Shown here: positions 10,661 through 20,009 of the stretch, one piece after another
Position numbering within the stretch: the first letter of the stretch is position 1
Layout: the number at the start of each line of letters is the position of its first letter
Assembly: GCF_000981445.1 (NCBI RefSeq)
Contig: NC_027216.1
Span: 1,364,001 to 1,428,000, forward strand
From: Babesia bigemina
Lineage: Eukaryota
Direction of reading: 5' to 3'
DNA length: 64,000 nt
The notes under the pieces: model-generated
What the model was told of the DNA's origin: nothing
Seen by the model: only the letters and a program-made list of their open reading frames with translations
Database searches by the model: none
Position numbers and translations under genes: made by a program

Positions 10661-13213
10661 TTACTGCAATTGGTCGATGTCCAAGCAGCCGCTGGAGGAC
10701 GGGCACTGCCGCCCGGAAATGCACTCGTAGTGTTTCCCGATCTCTGACACGAGCTCCTTGAACTTCGGAGTTACGCTCTCCAAAATGCCACACGACGACA
10801 ACGCAGCCTTGAAATCCGCAGAAGAGTTGCCTTTGTTGCGAGGTGTGGCGTGGGGAGGCTCAGACATTAGCATGTCGATCCGCTCCAGCATAGACTCTGT
10901 CACGTTCGACGAGCCCAGGCTCCAATCCAGCAGCGGCGCGTCCTGCTCCGGAACGTTTGGGGGGCTGGGGTCACAGCTGTTCGATAATAGTATATACATA
11001 AACGGAACTATTTCCACAAACGCGCGGCTCTTGCAAATGTAAGCGCTGCTCAGATGCCACTGGGGGTGGCCGCCGTCCGCCCTGGCGATGAGGTCCCGCA
11101 GGTGGCCGTCGTATAGCGCCTTCAGGTGGTTCATGTCGTTTATGGATTCCGATTGCCATACGCCCTTGGTGAACATCCGGAAATTCGCCGGGCGACCCGA
11201 CCCGCCCAAGTTGCAGCAACAGGCTGCTCGAGCACACAGACACGCAAAGGTGCTTTGCGCCTGCTCCCAACCGTCGTCGGGCATTCCTCCGGAATGGCGG
11301 TAGCCAGTAAACGTCACGTCCGCATCACACAAATGTGTCGTCAGCACCGCGCAGTCATCGATGTCCTCGAAATAGTGCGAATAGTTCTCAAACACGCTGT
11401 CCACCAGAAACGACGCATCCACGTTCCCAGAATCCACCAGTTCGTCGGGGTTGTAGTAGAGCTGTGGCCGCGTGAGCAACGGAAGCTGTGCTGATCTTGG
11501 CTGCCGGGATGGCTCCTCGGACGCGGCGCCGATAATCACCGGCCAACGGCACATAGAGAGCGGGAGAGACGGATTGTATAATTCGATCAGCCCGAACAAC
11601 CGCGCGCTAGTTGGAAGAGCGCCCAGTAACGAAGCGTCGAAGCACCCCGGTCGCACAATGCCGTAGCCGCATACGACCGACCTGCTCAGGGCCTCGTCGA
11701 TGTCGCTTGCCTGAGACGGTGGCTCGACCGCGAGTACCCTGGACGGCATTAAAATGAGGTCGTCAGATATCGTGGACAAAATTTCAAGCACATCAGAGTA
11801 GTCCTCGGTTATACCGCTGTTGTCACCTCCCTCCCCAAAGTTGCCGCAGTACACGCCACGTGACAACTCGAAGCATTCCCTGAAGCGCTCCACACCCAAA
11901 GAACCGCTTGACTGCAAGGCCGACACGTCTTCCTCATCCAGTGGACTCGCGTCCCGTTGCAGAATGGCGCGCACGCGCTTGTTCACAAGCACTTTACCCA
12001 ACACGTTGAACACGGCGCTGGTTGGGCTGCGTTCGCACATGTGTTGCAGCAGCGCCTCCATCTCAGACTGCGCTGATTGTAGCGAGCTGCGGTCCACGCT
12101 CGAAAAGAAGTGCAGATTGCGCATACCGAAGCGCAAGTCACCGCAACATGCCCGACTAAGGTAGTCGACCAGCTGCTCGTTAAACGCGCTGCACGGCCGG
12201 CCGAGCGCGGAAAGGAAGCGAAATAGCAGTGCCTTGGTTTTGGCTCTGGTAATCTGGGCTACGTTGAGACGCATGCAACGGGGATGGTTCTCGTAGTTGT
12301 AAGGCAAGATGCTGCGCAACAGGCGTCGGTCGCTGTTTGAGTTGTCGACACAGATGAGCAGTGGATACATGGACAGGCCTTCATGGAAGCCGTCGCCATC
12401 CAATATGCTGCGCGTTATTTCCTGTACGCGGCGATTAAACGGCGTGTTGCTGGGCGACAACACCGTGCGTGGAAGGTCCTTCAGCAAAATCAAGTGAGCC
12501 TCCTGCGATTTTGATGGCAAGGTGTCAGCGTCCCCCTGAGATCTACGGCCGCCAAAAAGCATGCGTATGCATTTTAAACGGCGCGATGACGCGTCAGACT
12601 GAACAGCGGGCGCTTTTAACGAACCCGCATCGCGTGAGATACGGAGACCCGGCTTGCGACGAACGGTATCCAAAAAACGCAAAAAGGTGGCGCTGAACGC
12701 GTCTTGAGCCTGGCCATCCGACATGTACACCACGTCGTTTTCGAAGGGGTCGTATTCGATGACCTTCAAGCCGATCTCGCTGCACAGACGGCGTACGGCG
12801 CTGACCTTGCCGGACCCAGTCTGACCCTTCAAGATGCAAATGTTGGCCGCGCAAGAACTCAGACGCTCGCCGGCATCGTCCGAAGATGGAGACGCTCGTT
12901 TCCTAGACCGCTTCGGCGCCGAGTAGAAGTGGCGCAAGGGATTGTGGGAGACGTCCCTACGGTACCCACTGCCCGCACTGGATTGTCGGGAGTCCACCAC
13001 GCCGGATGTGGCGCCAGTGGAACGGTCGCATGGTCGCACTGAATCCGCATTGTAATCCTTCTCAACGTTGTAGGTGTGCGCTGGAGAGGGCTCAGCGCCC
13101 CTGTCGCCGCTGCACGTTGCCCTCGCGCGGTCCCGTGCCGACAGCAAAAACTGGTGCAGCACCTCCACGTCGCCTCGGCGCCAGGGAATCTCACCGACCA
13201 CAGAGCTCGGCAT
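10661..13213 (-). CDS. RAD17: RAD17/Rad24 checkpoint clamp-loader subunit (divergent)
   Basis: P-loop ICILKGQTGSGKVSAVRRLCSEIGLKVIEY, Walker-B-like LILLKDLP, CCGDLR, VFNVLGKVLVNKR, and YNPDEL...VFENY. Confidence 0.75.
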   Translation of the reverse strand: MPSSVVGEIPWRRGDVEVLHQFLLSARDRARATCSGDRGAEPSPAHTYNVEKDYNADSVRPCDRSTGATSGVVDSRQSSAGSGYRRDVSHNPLRHFYSAPKRSRKRASPSSDDAGERLSSCAANICILKGQTGSGKVSAVRRLCSEIGLKVIEYDPFENDVVYMSDGQAQDAFSATFLRFLDTVRRKPGLRISRDAGSLKAPAVQSDASSRRLKCIRMLFGGRRSQGDADTLPSKSQEAHLILLKDLPRTVLSPSNTPFNRRVQEITRSILDGDGFHEGLSMYPLLICVDNSNSDRRLLRSILPYNYENHPRCMRLNVAQITRAKTKALLFRFLSALGRPCSAFNEQLVDYLSRACCGDLRFGMRNLHFFSSVDRSSLQSAQSEMEALLQHMCERSPTSAVFNVLGKVLVNKRVRAILQRDASPLDEEDVSALQSSGSLGVERFRECFELSRGVYCGNFGEGGDNSGITEDYSDVLEILSTISDDLILMPSRVLAVEPPSQASDIDEALSRSVVCGYGIVRPGCFDASLLGALPTSARLFGLIELYNPSLPLSMCRWPVIIGAASEEPSRQPRSAQLPLLTRPQLYYNPDELVDSGNVDASFLVDSVFENYSHYFEDIDDCAVLTTHLCDADVTFTGYRHSGGMPDDGWEQAQSTFACLCARAACCCNLGGSGRPANFRMFTKGVWQSESINDMNHLKALYDGHLRDLIARADGGHPQWHLSSAYICKSRAFVEIVPFMYILLSNSCDPSPPNVPEQDAPLLDWSLGSSNVTESMLERIDMLMSEPPHATPRNKGNSSADFKAALSSCGILESVTPKFKELVSEIGKHYECISGRQCPSSSGCLDIDQLQ

Positions 13214-13221
13214 CTTTCTCC

Positions 13222-14247
13222 CTAATTGTGATGTAGAACAATACCATAGTTGCTAACGCCGAACTCGATGGACCTGCGGCCGTACTCGCCCCCGGAGCAT
13301 ATGAACATCACTCGACGGACGGCGAAGCCGGAACCCGAGCTGCCGTCGGAATTGGGGTTGCCGCCCGAATCACCCGTCGCACTGTGGCCAGATGAACTGC
13401 CGGAAGCATACGCGATACCATGGACCTCGGAGTTATCGCCAAAACAGGCATGCTGCTCCAGCGACACATGCACGTAGCACCGAGAGCGGAACGACTCCCT
13501 CAACCAGCCACGGTGCCCGCGCTTGCCCACTGAACTCGGCCAGCTATCCCACCTCGCTTCGTGGTTGCAAACCAGCACCGCCAAGTTGTGTTGCCACGAA
13601 ATGTGTCGCAGCGTGACGCACAGGCGAACCAAGAAGCGGCGGCGAAGGTAGGAATCCAGCAGACCAACGGGCCACAGAGAGTCTATCACCAACACCGCCA
13701 CGGAACGAGCACGGATGTCTCCAAAACACGGCAAGTAACCGTCTTCAGACAACCGACGAGCGAAGTCAGAAACTACGAGCTCCAACTCCTCGCAGCTGAA
13801 GACGCGCAGCAAGATGAACTTATCACGGTTCACCACGCGGGACAGGCACACCGAACCCGATGTGTCAACGTAGAGCGTTACACCCGGAGATGCGTTGGCG
13901 TAAGACAGGCAGAACGACGTTTTGCCGCTCCCGCTGGCGCCCGTGACCTCGGCTATACCGGCACCGCGTAGAAGGTTGTCGAAAACACACCGCAAACTCA
14001 CATCAGCGCACACTCCGCTGTCCTCAGACGCGCGATCCAACAGGCACTCCAGGGAGCTACGGAATGGCGGACGGACGCGCGCAGAAGACGCCGCAGGCTC
14101 GAACACAGCGGCGCCAGGATGCACGTCGGAAGCGCACCCGCACACGAAAGCCAGGTCGCTGTAGGCCCTAAGCAGCCTGCTTCTGCTAGAAGTATTCGCG
14201 TTTGCCCTCGATTCTTTTGCGAAATCCGGCTTCCGGCTCCTGTCCAT
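13222..14247 (-). CDS. RAD51 paralog (RecA-family ATPase, XRCC3/RAD51C/D-like)
   Basis: FDNLLRGAGIAEVTGASGSGKTSFC (Walker A), TLYVDTSGS, VLVIDSL (Walker B) and LAVLVCNH. The first ATG is at 14247. Confidence 0.8.
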   Translation of the reverse strand: MDRSRKPDFAKESRANANTSSRSRLLRAYSDLAFVCGCASDVHPGAAVFEPAASSARVRPPFRSSLECLLDRASEDSGVCADVSLRCVFDNLLRGAGIAEVTGASGSGKTSFCLSYANASPGVTLYVDTSGSVCLSRVVNRDKFILLRVFSCEELELVVSDFARRLSEDGYLPCFGDIRARSVAVLVIDSLWPVGLLDSYLRRRFLVRLCVTLRHISWQHNLAVLVCNHEARWDSWPSSVGKRGHRGWLRESFRSRCYVHVSLEQHACFGDNSEVHGIAYASGSSSGHSATGDSGGNPNSDGSSGSGFAVRRVMFICSGGEYGRRSIEFGVSNYGIVLHHN

Positions 14248-14845
14248 TATCCAGCGGCGGCTGGCACACCAGTCCAAAATGTCCTCACCGATGGACGGGA
14301 AGAATACACCCTAAAGGGTGACACCCCGGACGAATCTGCTACACACTGCTACGCTGCAGGGGTGCCGTCAGATCAGCCCGCGGAAGCCGCCGACGTAACG
14401 CCACGACCTGCGGCGGACAGGGCGAGGATAGAATCACAAAGTACCAAGTAACTTCCGTTGGTACAAAAAGAAAAGACTTTGATAGCCGTGTTTCCGAACA
14501 ATTGTGGAAGTCGTAGGCTTCATGTGGCCGAACCCATGTCTTGCCGGTAGCCAGCGCTGCAGCCGGCACGGTGTAGCGCCGACGATTGATCCGCGCGCCT
14601 GCGGAGTCGCTAAATTGACTCATACCGATCACTTGTGGCATTGTGTGTGACTCATGGCGCGTCCGGGCTCGTGAGTTGGTTCGTTGAGCCGTGCTACTGC
14701 GTAACTGTGAACAGCAAAAACATTACTCATTGATGACTTAGTGCACAAACGTACCCGTTACAGACGACATCGCCGATTGTATACACACCATCGGTGCATA
14801 CACGCAACGTGCAACCTCACCAATAGCGCTGCAGCAGTACCCACC

Positions 14846-16147
14846 ATGAGGATTTTTATCACCGTTCTCCTATGGCTCGCAGAGATGCACAGAACCGCAA
14901 CTGCTCTGACGCTACGCGGGGAATTTCCGCGCAGCCCCCGTATCAACCTCTTGGAGCTAGAGTCGACTAGGTGGGAGGCAACTGCAGACACGGTGTCTGC
15001 CAAGACGGCGCCATCATCCAACGCAAAGCTGGAGCTCAGCGATCTCAAGGATAACGTGGACTTCCACATGAACCACCTTAGCGAAGCGCTCAAGGAGAAA
15101 CTCAGCAACGCGATCGAAGTAGTTGATCCGGTGGAAATGGAACGCCTCAAGGATGCTTGCGACAAGGTCGAAAACAGAATCAGGGATTTGCAGGCGACCA
15201 TCAAGAGCAAGTGCGACGAAGAGGAGGAAATCGTGAATCAACAAAGCGGAGATCATGAAAGTGCCGAGCTGCATGGCGCTGTAGAATCGGCGAAAAAACG
15301 GCTAAAGAGTTTCGTAGACGATGGTATCAAAGAGATCGGGGAGAAATTGAACAACCTTTTCGCCGAGTTCACCGTTTCGGAAACTGAGGATGCTAATAAA
15401 ACGCGTGACGGCGATGTCAACGAAAACGCAAAGGGCGCAGGTGCGGCGACAGGAGATAAAAGCGTAAAAGAGATGCCCGATGCGGAAAAGCCTCTTAGCA
15501 AAAGCATGATTCAAGTCAGCGGCGATAGTGCGTATGAGGAAAGTGGAAGCATCATACCTAAAAACCAAATATCGGACAACACCGTGAAAGAAGGCAAAGT
15601 CGCTAGTAAGCAAAACGTGAACCCAGGAGGAGGCCAAATGGGTGTTCCCAAGTCCAACGCCAGTAAAGACGTCAAACATGCAGAAGTCGCTGGGAATGCC
15701 AGTGATGCGTTAAAAGGGCAATCTAATCTAGTAAATTCCAAAAACCAAAGTTCTAATATAATCCGTGGTGAAGTTAATGGCAACCACGATGACAAACGTG
15801 CTCATACCACAAGTGAAGCAGGAGCCGCTACCAATGTAACAGGAAACACCGCTATGACAAACGGTGTTACACAGCACCAGGGGAGCCCTGATAAGCCAAA
15901 TAACATTGAGGCGGTACAGAGTAAAGAGGCTGGAGAAAACGACGACCGGCGCAAGGCGGGAGCGTCGGATAACGCCAAGTCGGCACCCGCTCCCAAGTCA
16001 GAGGCAGAGCAGGCTTCCAAGCTGGCCAAAGTGCCGCCCGCAGCCATCACAAGAACAGTAAATCAGTATCTGCAGACACTGAACTCGGAAGCTGACAAAC
16101 TCGTCACCGATATTCAGTTGAAGTTACATCGGACTAAGACCTATTAG
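14846..16147 (+). CDS. Secreted hypothetical protein (signal peptide, coiled coil, low-complexity middle)
   Basis: ATG at 14846 begins a signal-like sequence MRIFITVLLWLAEMHRTATA. The ORF is long and intronless with helical termini. Confidence 0.75.
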   Translation: MRIFITVLLWLAEMHRTATALTLRGEFPRSPRINLLELESTRWEATADTVSAKTAPSSNAKLELSDLKDNVDFHMNHLSEALKEKLSNAIEVVDPVEMERLKDACDKVENRIRDLQATIKSKCDEEEEIVNQQSGDHESAELHGAVESAKKRLKSFVDDGIKEIGEKLNNLFAEFTVSETEDANKTRDGDVNENAKGAGAATGDKSVKEMPDAEKPLSKSMIQVSGDSAYEESGSIIPKNQISDNTVKEGKVASKQNVNPGGGQMGVPKSNASKDVKHAEVAGNASDALKGQSNLVNSKNQSSNIIRGEVNGNHDDKRAHTTSEAGAATNVTGNTAMTNGVTQHQGSPDKPNNIEAVQSKEAGENDDRRKAGASDNAKSAPAPKSEAEQASKLAKVPPAAITRTVNQYLQTLNSEADKLVTDIQLKLHRTKTY

Positions 16148-16970
16148 ACCTGGTGCAGTCTTTCTGGTCCTTTATAGAAGTGCTGACCTTGAACCCGTAA
16201 ATCTGGGGCACATAGTAGTAGGTAGGCCCGCGAGGCACAATAGGGTCGTGGACCATCAAAAAGAAATGTGCGAAGGTGGTCCCGAAGTACGCCCCGTCGA
16301 TGACAGAGAGACGACTGCTCTTAGGGGGGTGGTACACTTCCTGCAAACAGACATTAAAACAGCGTAACGAAACTTACATTGCAACGAGGGCAAAATATCT
16401 TCGCGTTGTGATACGCGGGAGCGTCCACGATGCCGATGGGCAAGACGGCTGCGTTCTCGCAGCTGAAATTCGGACACGTCCCGAAGACCTTCTCTTTGAA
16501 CTTCTGAAGCATCAAAGACATGCCCTTCGATGTCAGTATGAAACGGCTGTGGATCAGGCCGTAGAGCAACTGAGATGACGTGTTGATGATCTGCTGCTTC
16601 GCGCGCTCGGAACGCGGGCCGAAAGTGTCATCGTCGTTATCCTCGTAGCATTCGTAATCGTAATCGTCGTAGTTGTCCAGGATCACGCGAATGGCGTGGT
16701 TGTAGTACGAAACCTGCTGCTGCAGACCTAAGACACGTGCCCATTACACATCCGTACACCTACCTACGAGATTGAACTCATCCCGGATGTAATCAGCGTC
16801 CACCTGCACGTAAAACTGGTTACCCTTCAAGCTGCAGTACCACTCGATCCATGGCATCTGCAAGTCATTAAAGACAGGCCGCAAGCCCTCACCTCGCAGT
16901 GCTGGCCGTCAGACGACTCCAAGTCGTCTGAAGCCTTATCTACGTCGTTCAAGAACACGGAATTTATCAT
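16134..16970 (-). CDS. CKB: Casein kinase II regulatory (beta) subunit (4 exons)
   Basis: [47 protein letters not shown], zinc ribbon FGTCPNFSC...[17 protein letters not shown] and [10 protein letters not shown]. Confidence 0.95.
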
Positions 16971-17360
16971 ATCAGCAATGTTTCAATGTCTGATGACACC
17001 ATAACATACATATTAATGAGACACAGGTCACGAAACGACCGAAAGGACGTCCATGGTAACGGTAGGAGCAAGGAAAGCATGTAAAAGTACGGCGAGCGCC
17101 GCCGGACGCCGTAGCCAAAATTGGTCAGAATCTGGCCAATCTTGGTTCCCTAGATTTATTTGGTCCGAATACGGATTAATAACTGAAAAAGTTGACGTCC
17201 GCGGGTCACACATAAACCACACAACGCGAGCGCCCGTGTACGATACCCCGAATCTACGCGAAAACGCGGCAACAAAGCCACTGGAGATTTCTCGTAGCAC
17301 ACAAGATGGTGAACGGGATGTAGAATCATACAAAAGCAGCGGAAATAGCGTGTCGATGCC

Positions 17361-19331
17361 ATGTCTGATGTCGCCGACTCCTACTCCGATGGCTTGTCGG
17401 AAGCCTCTGATGCCGAGGATGACGACTTATGGCTTGCGCAACCCCCCTCCAATCAGGAGGGTCTCAAGCAGTCAAACTTGTTCTTCGTAGCGCGTCAGGG
17501 AGACGAAAAGAGCCTGTTCCGAAGTAACCAGATTTACAAAAGAAACCACTACGAAAAGGGGCTGACTAAGGACAAGCGGACTACCGTGCAGCAGGTTTTG
17601 GACAAAAGAACATATATAAGACTAAGGAAACTCTGTGGACAAGGGGTATTCCATTATATGCACGGGGTAATCAGCACGGGGAAGGAGGCGAACGTCTTCG
17701 AGGCAGAGACGCAACCGCCATCCAGCTCTGCCATTTCCCATAATGCGTCTAGCGATGTCAACGAAGTCGTCACTGTAGGTCAAACAGTGCCATGTGTATG
17801 TGCAAATCATCTGGTGGAGGCTCACGTGTCAGCGCAGTCGAATGGTACTGGCGCTGCAACCTGCCATCCAGGTGAAGGCACAAATGTGAACTGCGATGAA
17901 GTGGCGGATAAGATTTCCGCGTGCAGTATAAAGGAAACACTTCAACCTAAGAACACCGATGAAAGCAGTCGGAGCACCGAAAAACAGACGCCAGGCAGAG
18001 TGGCCATTAAGGTCTATAAAACATCAATCCTTGTATTCAAGGACAGGTCGAGGTATATCGAGGGCGAATTCAGATTTAGGAGAGCGTATCTAGGAACTAA
18101 GAACCCTAGGAAAATGGTGGCGCAATGGGCTGAAAAAGAATTCAGGAATCTGAGGCGCATTGCACTTTCCGGTTTATACTCACCGATACCCATTGCGCTC
18201 AAGGACCACGTACTCGTAATGGACCTCATACTTGATGGCTCCGCCGTCGCTCCTAAAGTGGAAAACTTAGGAGCGCTGCCTTTGTTCGAGTGGCAAACCA
18301 TCTATGTGCAAACAATATGCGCATTGAGAACGTTGTTTCAGGAGTGCAAACTTATCCATGGAGACTTCTCGAGCTTCAACTTGCTCTACTCCAATGGGAA
18401 GGTTTACGTCATCGACACATCGCAGGCTGTCGAAAACGATCACCTAAATGCTATGCCATTCTTAAAAAGAGATTGTGAAAACGTAACGCGTTTCTTCAAA
18501 AACGCTGACGTACTGCACCACGAACACGAACAAATGATACCCTATGACGAGCTTAAACTCCTCACAGCGGAGCAGCTTTTTTGCTTCATCATTTCTAAGG
18601 TAATCGAACCCATCGATGACGTCATAGACGAAGACAATGCAAAGGCGCTCCCATTATCGCATGATCATGAGCTCTGGCAGGACGACTCACTCGCTAATGT
18701 AAAATGCTTCTGGAACATAAACGAATCGGAAATCGCGCTAGATGTGGCACAAAGTGTAGAAAAAATGACCAAGTACTACAAATTCGGTGCTACAAAGGAC
18801 ATACCGGAGATCATGATGAACAAGCGCAAGATGTATCTGTCACTCTGCAAAGCGACATATGACTTTCTTACCGGACCAACTTTCGCAAATGAAGAATGCT
18901 ATTCACACATAGCGTGGCTGAGGAATTACAATTTCGATAAACAGCTCCCAATCAACATTTCACAGATGCCACTTGACGTCGCGGAGAGCCTCATGGAGCA
19001 AAAGGAAAACGTAATCATAGGTATAAATGCCATCGTGGACAAAACTTCGTGTGAATCTGTTGAGGAAGCTTGCTGCTACGTGGATGATAAGGGTGAGGCG
19101 GATTCCGACGAAAGCGAAAGTGATGGTACGAGCGACACGGAAGAATTGGCAAAACAAACAAACGACGTTGGCGGAAATAATACCGATCAAAGGGCCAAAT
19201 TCACCGGAAAGATACCAGACGGAGTCGAACCAAGGGAATGGAAAAAAATGGTCAAGGAGTACAACAGGGAAAGACGAAAAAGCAAAATACCAAAACACAT
19301 TAAAAAAAAATATGGCTCCAACAAGGGCTAG
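17361..19331 (+). CDS. RIO1: RIO1 atypical serine/threonine kinase
   Basis: DKRTTVQQVLDKRT, GVISTGKEANV, AIKVYKTSILVFKDRSRYIEGEFRFR, WAEKEFRNL, LIHGDFS and IDTSQAVE, with a Lys-rich KIPKHIKK tail. Confidence 0.95.
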   Translation: MSDVADSYSDGLSEASDAEDDDLWLAQPPSNQEGLKQSNLFFVARQGDEKSLFRSNQIYKRNHYEKGLTKDKRTTVQQVLDKRTYIRLRKLCGQGVFHYMHGVISTGKEANVFEAETQPPSSSAISHNASSDVNEVVTVGQTVPCVCANHLVEAHVSAQSNGTGAATCHPGEGTNVNCDEVADKISACSIKETLQPKNTDESSRSTEKQTPGRVAIKVYKTSILVFKDRSRYIEGEFRFRRAYLGTKNPRKMVAQWAEKEFRNLRRIALSGLYSPIPIALKDHVLVMDLILDGSAVAPKVENLGALPLFEWQTIYVQTICALRTLFQECKLIHGDFSSFNLLYSNGKVYVIDTSQAVENDHLNAMPFLKRDCENVTRFFKNADVLHHEHEQMIPYDELKLLTAEQLFCFIISKVIEPIDDVIDEDNAKALPLSHDHELWQDDSLANVKCFWNINESEIALDVAQSVEKMTKYYKFGATKDIPEIMMNKRKMYLSLCKATYDFLTGPTFANEECYSHIAWLRNYNFDKQLPINISQMPLDVAESLMEQKENVIIGINAIVDKTSCESVEEACCYVDDKGEADSDESESDGTSDTEELAKQTNDVGGNNTDQRAKFTGKIPDGVEPREWKKMVKEYNRERRKSKIPKHIKKKYGSNKG

Positions 19332-20009
19332 AAACTTAGCGCTTCCTAACGCAGTTCAACTCTGACAGAGAGTCTAGAATCTGATACCGTGCTTCCAGCT
19401 TAGCCTTCGTGTAATGTGATGTGTGCTGTGTGAGAGCTTATAGGAAGCGGTCACCGATAGCTATAGGAAGAACTCCCGTACACCACCGGATGACCACATA
19501 TTTGTAATGAATACAGATATATCGCTCAATAGAAACAGTTATCAACAGTACAGGCCGCCTAATTAGACACGGCATCAAAAACAACGTCGCCGATCATGGA
19601 AGGTCTATGTTTCTCACAGGAAGGCACGGTCTAAAACGGTTTTAAGGCGGTATACAATGTTAATACTCCAGTAAGCAGGAGTCACACATATCCATGACAT
19701 ACGATACATACGGGGGAGTTGGGGGCTGAACGGCCTGGGAGATTCCTTTTATCGCGCGTGGTCAAGAAGGTCGGTAAATCCGTCACATGCAGTTGCATCT
19801 CTAGATGTTAGTGGAAGACTTTTGCCTTAAGCCTCTGAACGCGCGTCACGCTCACCAGTCGTCGTATACCGTTGAAATTGCCGCACGTCGGGTGTGCGAC
19901 GAGCCCGCTGACTGGGCACTCTTGCCGAAGAAAACGTACGTCAGAGGAATATTTCTCTTAATATTTTGGTTTTTGCAGCATTGTACAATCCTTCGTGTCT
20001 GGCGGTAAA

